This document shows positions 25,714 to 37,994 of a stretch of 64,000 nucleotides of DNA, piece by piece (the stretch's first letter is position 1; each line of letters starts with the position of its first letter). This DNA is from Amphiscolops sp. MND2022 (lineage: Eukaryota): NCBI GenBank assembly GCA_964187785.1, contig OZ076409.1:84632001-84696000 (forward strand), read 5' to 3'. Under the pieces are notes generated by a model, which searched no databases, was not told the DNA's origin, and saw only the letters and a list, made by a program, of their open reading frames with translations. Made by a program: the position numbers and the translations under genes.

Positions 25714-28068
25714 TTGTATCTGAGAAATTGCAAAGTTGGGATAAGTGAAAAAGCCTACAAGAAACAATTGCGAAGTTCGAAAGCCCTCAGTGAAACAAAA
25801 GAGTCATATGAACAAATGAAAGCCAAAAAGAAAGAAAAGCAACTGATGCAGCACCTTCGAATGACAAATGTGTTTGAAGGAAGAAACACAAAGCAGAGCC
25901 AACATCTGATGGAAATCAGACCAAAAGAGTTGGAAAATGTGTCAGATTGGTACGCATGGAGCCTCTATTGGAATTTTGTACCCCTACATGTGGAAAAGCT
26001 CCATACGTTAGTAAAAGACTTGGATGACAAGCTCGATGAGGAAAGAGCTGTTGTATCCAAAAGAAACTTGATTGATTGGGTAATTGAATACCGCGAGAGA
26101 AGACAGGCATTGCTGTTCTGTGTAGACTTTATGTTGAGTCTTACAAATGAAGAAACGCAAAGACAGCTCAGTCGAAGTGTGACTGAATGGGACGAATGCT
26201 TTGCGAAACTGGGATCGAGTAGGGGATATTGGTTCCCCGATGTGCAGCAAATGTTGAAGTGTCCAATTGATGGGACAAAAGAGTTGAAACTGAGTCAGAT
26301 GACAAATGGAACATCTGCAGACGCAGCTATGAGATGCCCTCGCACAAGAAAGTTGAGGCAAAGACCTGTCCATCAGGCAAAACCTAATTGTGTAAAAGAA
26401 ACAGCTAGTGAAAAGGAATCACTGACACGGTCAAGAAAGACCAAGGAACAAGAAAGTTGCTGTGGTATGAGAGACAGCATATCTGAAGTGGAAAACTCAA
26501 TCAACGATGTGACATCACTACTCGAAGAAAACAGTAAGGTGTCTGACGTAACAATCCTGATGGACAACAGGCCAACAGTTAGCACGAAGTGGTCTAATGG
26601 AGACCGACTGTTTCCTCTAGCATTAGAGAAAGCGGAAGATCAGAAATCGGATGAAGTCCAAGGCCAAAGAAGCGAGACTGGACAATTGGAAATAGAGGAA
26701 CTGGGCAAACATCCAAAACTGGTTGAAACCAGAAGCAACAGAAGCTCAGTGATTTCGAAAAGTTCAATTGATAGACGAGTTCTTTATTTGAAAGTAAAAG
26801 CTCAGAAAGAGCAAGAAGAACTGCAAACCCGACTCGAGAAACTGAAGCGTGAAGCAATAGAAATGGAAATAGCTGACTTGCATGAACAGCTTGCCCGCAA
26901 AGCGAGAATAGCTGAAAAAGAAAGAGAAATAGCGGGAGTGTCGAGCAGTCAGGGGACTAGCTTCCCAAGTGTCTCATCAGTCGACAGTTTCACGGAAGAC
27001 TCAAGATGCATGGCTGAGACAGAAACAGTCGAAGACGGCGCTAAGTCCAATATTGCACTATCAGTTCATTTGAAATCAGAGAATGCAGTGAGATTAGTTC
27101 ACGAAGGAAAATTCTCCGCGATTAGGAGAGACTCAAAACCTCCCACATAAGTTGATCAGCAAGCTGATCGGAAAGACAGAACCGATGTTGATAACGGAAC
27201 ATGCAGACAAGGAGCAACATCACAACCAGACGTGAAAGTTGCAAACAAAGGAACCTCGAAGTTCCTCACAGCGGAATGCATACAGAACTGGTCAGAAACA
27301 TTCATTGTAGACAACGGTCGGCAAGACGTCCGTTCAGAAACCCTCCTCGTGGATACCAAACAGGTTTTGGAAGAAGAGATTCACTTAGGCATGAGTGAGC
27401 ATTCGATAGTGCAAACAGAAGAGATATTGAATCACACAATGACGGAAACAAGGAAGGAGCATAGATTCTTATCATTCGCATCTAGCAAGCAAACTTTGGG
27501 AGAATCGAGTGTCCAACGTGAACTGCTGCAAGAGAGTGCAGAAGTTTTCACCGTTCAACAGGATGTACAGCAAGGGAAAATATTTGAAGTGACGATGCTT
27601 CATGACAGTACTCTACTTCTTGAAGAGGGAAACAAATGTTTTGAATTCGACAAAAGTTATGGATTTGTGCATGAGCAACAATTTGCACTGCTTGATGATT
27701 GTAATGAAGAAGCAATGTATCGAAAGCTATGCCATGTTGCAGCAAAACATGACAAACCCGTTGAATGCAATGCCAAAGGTGAAACACGTACCATGATTGC
27801 AACCTTTGGAAAGAAATTTGATTTTGACTTCAAAGTAAGCCTTGTAGACGAAACTATCCCGAGTAATAACGATGTGTGGAACCCTCGGATTGGTAATGGA
27901 AACTCTGGGATGGACGCGGTGGCAAAGGAAGATGGAAAACTCAAAAGACCAGTAGTGAAACTGGCACCCATGTTCTACGAAAGTGTTTTTCGGGAGAAAA
28001 ACAGGGCCGGCAATGTTGGCGCCAGTCATCAGCAGGCAAAGAAAGTCGATTTGGAACATGCTGGTTGA
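25714..28068 (+). CDS. Internal ORF of the LTR element (coiled-coil/gag-like with BEL polyprotein tail), split by one in-frame TAA at 27148-27150
   Basis: ORFs 25714-27150 and 27232-28068 share a frame and the codons between them are open. The stop lies inside the 3' LTR. The true start is probably a downstream ATG. Confidence 0.6.
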
Positions 28069-28940
28069 GAAACAAGACTTAAACTCTTAAAAACTTAGAT
28101 GAAAATTTGAAGAAAATCCAATCATCACAAATCTTTAAAACCCCCCCCCCAAATGGGTTTTCTCCAAGACTGTTAATCATAGAGCCATGAAACTTGGCAC
28201 ACATACGCAGATAGCTAACACGAACTCACCGGCTAAGTTTCAAGGTCATTCACCCATTATAACCCCCTTTACCCCTCACATGTGTGGTATTCAAGGTCAT
28301 TGAACCGAAAATGTAAACATTGCTATTTTACCCCTATGACCACATTAGAATGTAACTCTGTTGAAATTAATGATATTTACATTGTGTAAACATGCTTTAA
28401 AGCCCGCCTAGTCAACATGCCAAAACCACCATGTGCTTTGTTTACATAGCCAATAACTTTAATAATTCACTTAAATGTCATTTATTTATACCACATATTT
28501 CAACTGATATTTGCTTATATTTACTGTAGAATTGTAAACCACATTTATACCATTATTAGATAGAGATTTTCTCCACTGTATAGCTATAGTCAAGTTGGGT
28601 CTTAGGACCGCGAGACTAATTAATCAACTTCTCAATCTTCACAACTTTTCGCTAGAGTCAGAGCGACTAAGTAGCTACTCTCATAGTTGGAGAGCCGGAG
28701 CGCGTGAAGATACCGTGAGGGAAGTGTGTGTGTGCAGGATCACATCGGATCCAAATCAGTGCAAAGAGGAATCGCAGGAGATTCCACGGGTCACATCGGA
28801 CCCGTCAGCCAAAAGATACAGTCCTTTAAAACAAGAAAACCAGGATTTGTTTAGTAACGGTCCACAGTACTAAGCAACGGATCAGGGCGGCGTAAAGCTT
28901 GTCAAGCCTCAGCGCAGGATAAGGGCAAGCAGCCGTTACA
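28014..28940 (+). repeat. 3' LTR (927 bp)
   Basis: Near-identical to 24182-25109; followed by TSD ACATC. Confidence 0.95.
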
Positions 28941-31174
28941 ACATCGTTAATTAGATAGGAATTTTTGCTCAGTCAATTTCGACATGTCACGAGATTTAAA
29001 TCATTTCTGACAAGATTTCTTGAAAACATACTTGCAACTTCAAAATATGTGAAGAAATCTCTGAACCGGGTTAAATTATGTGACAATATTGAAAAACTGT
29101 CAAGAAATACTAGCCGATTGTATGAATTTACGTGACGTCAAAATAGTGTAAGGTAAAGTGTTTTAAAATTGGTGGAAAGTATTTTATAAAATTAATTAGG
29201 TAAAAGTTATATGTTGTAACGCGGCTGAAGAAAAAAGCTTTATCAAGCACTACAGCATTTTAAAACTTTTTTGTCGGTAATTTCTCAATTCGAGAAGTTT
29301 TTATGTGTGATGAAATTTGGGCGTGATTTTTCGGCTCGTCATTTTAAAATATTTTTAGAATAGAAGTTTTATAAGTACTTGAAGCAAGGAATTACTAGAT
29401 TACAATAACGAGTAATTTTTACGAAGAGTAGTTAGTCTTGTGTAAAACAAAAATTTGGTTGGAGTAGAAAAGTCAAACAGGGTTTACCTGGAACAGTGTT
29501 GATTAAACGATAAGCATCAGTTGACATTTGTAGAGCTTGAAAATGGTTCAACTTAATTTCAACTTTTTTACTCACTGATTGAAATCATTTTTCAGATTTT
29601 GTTCATGCTTCAATATAACTTTGATGAGTCACAGTTGATCTATAGCTCTTTTTTGATTCTCATGAACGTCATTGGCATATGTTATTGAGTACGATATGGA
29701 AATTAACTCCTGAAAATCGAATAGTTTTCAGCCCCGTGAGAATCACAATGGGCAGAAAGCTAAAAACTTGAAGTTCAGTTGTAGAGGAAGGTTAAACCTC
29801 CAACTTTTCTCCATTTGTTGCTGAGATTGTGTCTACTATTTTAGGCATCATCATTAAGATAGCAATTGCTCAAGTAATGATGCAAACGTTTTCTGAATTT
29901 CGTAATGGAAAACTTTAGATTTTAGGCTCTTTTCTAACCCCGCCCCCACATACACAACACAATAAAAATTGTGTTTAGGAAACTTTCTAAAAAAAGCTCT
30001 CCTACAAGCTTAATCGAACGTGAACTATTTTTCCAGAACTGACGTTTTTCATCAGTGAACGTAACTCTCCCAAACACCTGATACAGGCGTTCGTGGCTTC
30101 AGTTTAAAAGAAGAGTGACAATGAAGACCCGACATAAGAACCGATACCTATATCCCTGCTCTCGCATGAGACCTCTGAAAAAAGGCAGCAACAACAACTA
30201 TTCGAACATCCTGGGCAAACAAACCAGGATGTTTCAATTTGACATTAGGCAAGTTTTGTAAACGTTGCAGCTCTTTTCGTTAAAATCAAAAGCATAGAAT
30301 AGATAGAAGTTTAGTTGATAAGAATCAAAAGATGAATACTGAATTACATACAACTGAAACAAAAAAATGAGCTGGACATTGGAAAACATTGGAGTCTATA
30401 GAAAAACAGATGAACTTTTTTGCAATACTTTTGCGAGTGTCCCTAAACTCAGAAAAACTGAGTTCATTGACTTTTGTAACCTCTCGACAAACAAGGGTTA
30501 AAAATTGAAAACAAAAAAAAGTTTTCAATCAATCAATGTGACTGTTACTCATTAGGGATCGGGTTGTCACTCGCTTACACTACCCAGCGAATCTTTTGAA
30601 CAATCGAAGTATCAGCACGATTGTTCCTGTTATACAGTGAAATACCGACCCAAATTTCCCCGACATACTGCCAACATAAGAGACTGACAGAGTTGAATCT
30701 GCCATTAGATAAAGTACGTTTTGATTGAATATCTGTTTACAAACATGATATTTTTATTCTGTATAGATAGATAGAGATTCATTTTGTATGTGTTTTGTAA
30801 TATTGTCTAATTGACAAGAAATAGATCTTCGTAAATAAATATCTTCGTTTACGTTTTAGAGAAACAGTTAGAGATAGAACAGTTCTAACTTATACAAAAT
30901 CAATTCGCCTTCTAATTCAAGTTCAAAAAAACAGTTTTTTTTTGCTTTTTCCTGAAACGTGTTGTAGACGAAAAGCAACGACAAGCTTCGGAAGTTGCAG
31001 TTTTGCCTGATTTCTGAGTTTTCTGGTCAGAGAGAAACTAATATCGAGCCAGGTCAAAAATCACAAAAGAAACCTTTGACTTTTAGTAAATTAAGGCAAA
31101 GTTTTCAAAAATAATCATTCAAGCCTGAAACTTTTCACCTAAAAAGCTCAAGGCAAAAAAAGGCCTCGGGAATG

Positions 31175-34100
31175 TTAGACTAAGAAGAAGAATACTTACT
31201 TTTATTTGATATGACTCAAATAAAAACGAAAGGTTCGAAAGCCTTCTGATATTACAATAGTAACAACGTTTTAGGCTCAAACAGAAAATCAATCAAAAGT
31301 TCCAACAGAAAATGCAATAGTTAGTTACGGCGCTCAGTGAATTAGTTCAAGCAAATTATGATTGCCTTTTACAGAGTTAGCAATATTCTTCCTAGTAAAG
31401 CTCTTTTTTTGTAATGTCCAAGTTTGGAAATCAGCTGGGAGGGCTCCCATATTTTTGAAATTGTTATACAATTTAATAGATCTCTGTGATAATGAACACT
31501 TCTTTAATTCTGCCAGGTGGCAATTTTTGGGATATTAGGTTCTTTTTCCTCAATCTAGTCATTGGCCTTTCTTGTTCACATTGTTCGATATTATTTAATC
31601 CAGTGTAGTTTTCAATTGAATATTTTACCAATTGGCTCGCATACAGTTCAAAAACAGTCATATATCACTCCTTTCGAATAGTTCCGATGAACTGTAATAC
31701 CTATCTTTGTTACAAATGACTCGCAAAATCCTTTTCTGTAACACGAAATTTTCTCTAAATTGTATTTGTGTGTTGTATTGAATTACTGGTTTTATGTAGT
31801 AGTTGTGAAAGTTCAATTTATGGGCTGTACAAAGTGTTTTACGGGGAATTTGAGAAATCCGCAAAGCCTAGATAACTTTATTACTATCGGGTCAATGTGG
31901 GACTTGAAATTCAGATTGCAATCAAGTATAACTCCTAAGTATTTCATTTCAGCAACAGATTCCAGCATCTCACCATCTATTTTGATACTTTCGTTTTCCG
32001 GGTGTTTTTTGTCAAATTGGGTACACTTTGTCTTTAGGGTATTAATACTTAGCTTGTTTTGTTTTAGCCAAATTCCCAAATTTGTACATTCCTTTTCTAA
32101 TTCGATTTTGAGTGATGACTTGGTAGAACTTGTGTTATTTCCATCATCCGCATATAAAGTTAGAGTTGTATCTTGGGACTGCAGACACGTATGCATATCT
32201 TTTATGTACACCAGAAACAGGAGAGGTCCTAATATGGAGCCGTGTGGAACACCAATGGTTATTCCTGCAATGCTAGATTATTTTAGATTATAACTGACAT
32301 ATTGTTTTCTGTCTTCTAAGTACGATTGTAGAAATTTTAGTGCGTGTCCATCGATACCATAGTTCTCCAATTTCTCAAAAAGTAATTCATAGTTAACAGG
32401 ATCAAAAGCTTTTGACAAGTCTAAAAATACACTAGCACATTTCAAATTCGAAATAGGATATTTTCTCAAATTCTCGGTAACATCCAGCAGGGCATCCAAA
32501 GTTGAGTTTTTTTTTCAAAAAGCATATTGGTCTTTGAAAAAGATCTTGTGTTTCTATAGAAAAGAATTTAATCGTTGGTGTAGAGCTTTCTCAAAAACTT
32601 TACTGAGCGTAGGTAGCAAGGAAACTGGTCTATAGTTTGTTGGGTCAAGCATGTCACCCGATTTATGAATTGGGATAACTTTAGATAGCTTCAGACACCT
32701 ATGAAAAACACCTTCTTGAATCGATCCATTAACCGCTCTCGTTAAAAATTCTGAGAGGACTGGAGCTGACAGTTTGAGAATACGGTTGCTCAGGCCATAC
32801 ATGTCTTCAGCGAACGAATTGTTCAAAGAGCTTAAAATTTTGAAACGTTCATCATTTGTCACCGGTCTTATGAACACTCTTTCCTCAATTTCAAGATTTT
32901 CAGGAAATCAAGAGCGTGGTGGGTTTGAAATTTTGGACGCTAAATTCTTACCAGCATTTACGAAAAAGTTGTTCATCACTTTCTTTTCAACAGGTATGGA
33001 TTGCGCATCTCCGCATTTCTTGAGCTTATTTCTGACGTGAGTGAAAAAGGCTTTATCTTTTTTTCAAGTAGAGATTCAGAAATCGTTACATTCTTTTGCT
33101 TTTTTAATAAAATGTTGTACTTGCTTTTTCACGTGTAAGTATTTTTTATCATTTTCTTCAGTTTTTTTTCCAGAATGTATTGTTTATATAGCTTCTGTCG
33201 TTTTTTAATGGAATTTTTGACTTTTCGTGTCATCCAAGGCTTGTTAGTGTTTGTTCCACAAGTATTTGTCATTCTAGGAAAAAACCTATCAGCACATAGT
33301 TTCAATTTATTGATAATATCGCAGAAAACCGATTCACTACACTCATTAAAAATTACTTTGGTTAATTCACACTGGAGCTTGAAAAGATAACAACATAGTC
33401 TATGGACGTTTTGAGCGTTTTTCATTATTCGTGATGTTTTAAAAACCAGGTGTTACTCCCAGTTAATATGTATAGTTAGTGACATGCCTGACTGCGCAGT
33501 GATCAGTAATATCAAGCTCCACAATTTTCGTGCTGTCTCGATAAAAATTTGAATTTGTGAGAATATGATCAATGCATGTTTCGCTTGTTTCAGTGACTCT
33601 GGTGGCTGTCTCCATATTCACATGTTTAATTCAAAAGGACTCTCATAATGCTACATAGTTTTTAACATTTTGTTTATCTTTCAAAAGATCAAAGTTGGAA
33701 TCATATTTTAGGTGGAATCTCCACCTAAATACACTGTATGATGATCGAGTTTTAACTCATAAAGAAAATCTTCAACTTTTTTCAGGAATTGCGTATATTT
33801 GTTTTCCAGTGAATTATAAAAACCGCAAATTTTCATATTTCTTTGGAAGGAGACTTTTACACTTATCGAATCGAATCAGTACCTTTTATTCAGTTGAATT
33901 TTTTTCGGGATTTAGTTCATATTTAACAAAAATAGCTACACCGCTTGCTTTGTTTTTGAAAGTAGACTTGAAGAAACTTTTATATCCTTTTATTTCATTA
34001 AATTCCGATGTGTCATTTCGCCATGTTTCAGTCAAAATGATTAGGGCAGAGGAATAATGAAACGCCTGTAAATAAAATATTAATTCATTAAAATTCTTTT

Positions 34101-34480
34101 GGATCGATCTTATGTTGAGCAATCGAATATCTATTTTTGACACCAGTTATACACAGATATTAGATACTTTTCTGTCACCCTGTTAACATCCCTTGATTAT
34201 ATTCTGATGACTTTAAATCAAAGTTCCTTTTTTTTCGGGCGTTGAGCCCGTTTCCGAGCTATATCCTCTTTTATTACAGCGTTGTTCATCCATTGACGTT
34301 CCTTCTCCAATCGTAGATCTCTTTTTCGTCATTGCAATATTCTTCAATCGCTGTATGTCATCTTTGGTATGTACCGGTCGAAAATCTACTTTACCGTTCT
34401 CATTCCTGCAAATAAATTATACTTCAGAGTTATTTGTTGTTCTTCAGAGTTATTTGTTGTACTTCAGAACAAATAATCGA
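31175..34480 (-). mobile_element. Near-full-length ORF2, frameshifted LINE (APE endonuclease plus RT; L2/CR1-like group)
   Basis: Endonuclease 'LLNIRSIQKN...IILTETW' (33886-34143), 'CIDHILTN' and 'ITDHCAV' (~33490-33580). RT 'PTNYRPVSLLPTLSKVFEKA', 'FLDLSKAFD', 'GVPHGSILGPLLFLVY', 'LYADD', 'KYLGVILD'. AATAAA and a (TTC)n-like tail on the minus strand near 31180-31206. Confidence 0.9.
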
Positions 34481-34589
34481 AGATGTTTCTTATATCATAT
34501 AGTGATAGAAAGTGATCAACTTTAGTCCAGTGAGAATTGTCGTGTAATATATGATTTGAGTGAAGAGAACGCATGAAGAAAATGTGTTG

Positions 34590-34960
34590 TTAGTCGGCGC
34601 TTTCACGATAAATGAGCCCGAATATTACTTTCACTTATTTTTTTCTTCAAGACAGGTGCGAATGCGACAAATTTTTTAATTTTTTGTTCAGTTTATTCAA
34701 ACAAACGAACACGTCAGAAGCGCATCTAAGTGCAATGAACGCCCCTTCATTTTTTTCCTGTTTTAAAGTATCATACAAAACCGGACGAGACTAAAGGGTC
34801 CCCCCTTTCATTTTTTTGTGCAGAGACTTTCTTTTAAAATTTTTAAATGTCTCCAAAGGTTCCCCTGTCAATTGTTTTGATATTTTGTAACAAATTCGAT
34901 GTTAATAAAACCCAAAGTGCCCCCTTTTACGTTTTTTGGAACTATGAGACTGTTCAAAAA
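34590..34960 (+). mobile_element. HINE family A, partial copy
   Basis: TTAGTCGGCGCTTTCACG 5' end and GGGTCCCCCC core; 3' end missing. Confidence 0.55.
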
Positions 34961-37365
34961 TTCTCTTTAGTCGTCTGAACTAAGGTTTTTTCAAGGTCCA
35001 GCAGTATTTGTTCAATAAATACCATCCGACTTTTCGACGAGGTTTGTAAACTGTGACTAGGACATATAAAACCAATCTGACGGAGTTGTCAGACTGTGCC
35101 GATCAACAGCAAAAATTTCAATACAAATCTTCGGACGAATTGCTGAACTTCTGCCAAATTAGAAAATGAGCGCAAACTTGGGTACCATTTTAATGTTTGG
35201 GAGTCATGTTACGTTATAGGTTTTCCTAAAATTTGTGTTCATGAAGTACATCGCAAACAACAGCAATGAATTCCAAAAAAGTCAATGACATAATTTGGAT
35301 ATTTCAATTTTACTGATCTGTTTTGTGATAGTGAACTTTGAACATGGCGTCTCGTATTTACCGCTTTGATTGAAAAGAAATTGCTGGTTTTGGAATTTTG
35401 GTTGCCTACTGAATCGAAATACTTTCGGGTTTCTACTTTGGGGTTTCCGGAATGTTTCTTCGCACGTTTCGTTCAACTTGTCAAAAAGGATTTCCTTGTC
35501 TGCTGTGCCCCATGAAAAGAATGGTGCGCTGACGGTTTGCCGTTCAGCCCTTTCGTTATTCATATTGTTTATCAAAAACTCGGATTCTCGGTTGCGCTCT
35601 CATTTCCAAATCTGCGAATGAAATTTAATGTTTTGCACATTCTGCTCTGCTGAAAAATGACATTGTTTCTTTCAAAACTTTCATAATGACAAATTTTAGC
35701 TGTATCAGCCCATATGGGGAATTCAAATGAATGCCTCCTTGAGAAAAGATATATCCACAATTGTTTGTGGTGTTGATAATAAGGTTGTCCAGAAACGGTG
35801 CGTGACTTTTAGCACCTCTCTCGCACGGAACCATTTTCAAACCACTGGTTTTCACATAAAAATCTCAAGACTGGCAAAACTGGTTCAAACCTATAGTAAA
35901 CTCAGATTTACTCAAAAACTTTCGAAACAATTTTGGTTTTATATGGTAGAGCGTTTCTTAAAGAAATTAAAGAACAGCGTGACATCAAATGACTTCAATG
36001 ATTTCACGTGTCAACATTGAAACATTTGAACATGGTTGTCAGATCAAACACGATTGTTTATATGTCGAGAAATTTGTTTGATGGAGACTTTTGTGAAATA
36101 GTTGAGTCTCGAACATTCAAGTCATTTCAAAAAAGTAAGCAGGTTGTTGAAAACTTTTATGAACATTCATCAAAGTTGTTTACAAATAAAAACGTGTCAA
36201 ACGAAATAGAGCAAACGGCCATTTGCCACATGGTATAGATAAAATACAGTGTTATCAGCCCATCAGTTTTTGATCCTTCATCTGAAGTCACAGCCTAGCT
36301 ATAACAACTTTTCAAGACAACTAAAACTGGCACGATTAATTTGTAAATTGTTCATTTTATGAGTTGATTCATTGTTGTTAATTGCCTCGGAGCAAATATA
36401 AAACGCACGGTATATATTATTAATAACAAAATAATAGTCATTTTTCTCTGAATATAGCGCTAACTGAAAAAACCAATCAAGCTGAACTGTTCAAAAACAC
36501 TTTCTAAAAACTCGTGAGAAAAACTGGAGGACCAAAAAATGACCAGCAAGCTGGGAACCGCCCAAATCGGCGCCTGTTGAAGGGTCAATAATAGTATATA
36601 CTATTATTTTGTCGTTTTTTGTTAACTTGCTTCAGTGGGGTTGAAGTGACCAAGCAATTTCTACAGAGTCTTCTGTTTTTCTTTGATATCTAAAAAGCAT
36701 TCAAAGCAGCCAACGGACCACCCTTTTTTTGAAATGTTGCGCCTACAAAGCTGTACTCAAGCGAAGCGTCCATCCTTCGGGAGTTTTCCAGACACTGTGC
36801 TATTTTTGGAAGTTGTTTTCTCAAAATCCGGTTTTGTTATGTAAGAAAATTATTTCGAGTCCCGAAAGTTCCCTGTTTAAATATTTTAGAAACCCTACGA
36901 ATGTTCAGCTTCTTGAAAGCAAACAACGACGTTGTTTAGAGCTTCAATTTCTTTCGACTGAAACATCCAGATTTAAAACCTTGCACACAAAGAATTTGAA
37001 TTTTTTATAATGAGGAAACCACTGAATTCATTGATGTAAACGCTCGTATTTTTTAAGTGAACATCATCAGTTCAATAGGTTATAATCATTTGAAAGAACG
37101 ATGATAAGGAAAAGTTGCCATGATCATGGTTGCGTCAATAAAACGTTGGCTTTTTTCTGTCTCCCGCCATACAAAACCTCAGAAAAAAATCAAAAAGAAA
37201 TTTTATGGCTAAATAAATTTTGAATTCAATTTTTTTTCTAATTTTAATTTAAGCATTTTTTCCAAACAATTGGGAGGGGAAACAGAAAAGAAACCCTAAA
37301 ATAGAATCAACTATTATGAACTAAAAATCCAAAGTATTATTCATTCGCACAACCAATATCCATGT

Positions 37366-37586
37366 TCAAGCATGATTGTTTATGAGTACATCACATGAAT
37401 TGAGCATGTTTTCAATGCCAAGATTTTCCACGTGACTTTGTATGAGAATTTCAGCTCTGGCGAAGTCGTGTGGTGTGTCTATGTCGACAATATCGTCTGC
37501 TTCGTCGTCCACGACGTAGCCTACTCGGCCACAGGGTACGAAACCCATTCGGTTGAACGCATCAACAGTGAACATGTAATACGCAC
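37366..37586 (-). CDS. CMAS: NANS-CMAS fusion gene, last exon (CMAS C-terminal part)
   Basis: ttacag|GT GCG TAT TAC (phase 1). Encodes (G)AYYMFT...CGRVGYVV...IVDIDTPHDFARAE, including the CMAS metal-binding DID motif. TGA at 37366-37368. Confidence 0.9.
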
Positions 37587-37994
37587 CTGTAATTGAAACT
37601 ACTTGTTGAATCCACCGGGAAGTTTTCATGCTGCTTTCAAAGTTTATTCATACGAGGCTTAAGTCTGTAATTACTTTTTTTACATAACATGAAAACTTTG
37701 TACAATTACAATGCAATCTCCCTGAAATTCTGTTGAAAAGTGAAGGAACACAAAGCGCAAAGTTCGTTTCAAATGAGCTAAAAAACAGTTTCGCAAAATT
37801 TCATGTAGTTTAAAACGGTGCTTCATACAAATTTTTATCACCAATACAACACGATATCTTTAATCTGAGCCTTCGGTTAATACTAAAATTAGCCACACTA
37901 ATGCAGTAATTTCTTTTAAAGATAGACATGAATGCGACGAAAACTGTATAATAGGTGACCAAATAGAGTTTACATGGAAGTCGTCGTATTTTCA

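Larger units (their letters stand above)
24182..28940 (+). mobile_element. Young non-autonomous BEL/Pao-like LTR retrotransposon
   Basis: LTRs 24182-25109 and 28014-28940 (TGTT...TACA). 5-bp TSD ACATC at 24177-24181 and 28941-28945. PBS-like TGGTCC after the 5' LTR, purine-rich tract before the 3' LTR. The ORF contains 'DGKLKRPVVKLAP', typical of the BEL/Pao polyprotein C-terminus. No RT, RNase H or integrase core motifs seen. Confidence 0.92.

Noticed and set aside
24764..28873. Identical 92-aa ORFs at 24764-25042 and 28595-28873
   Set aside because: They are identical only because they lie in the two LTRs. TTG start and no recognisable motif.
35280..36480. Cluster of short minus-strand ORFs, possibly a decayed transposase
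   Set aside because: No recognisable domain, termini or splice-consistent model.
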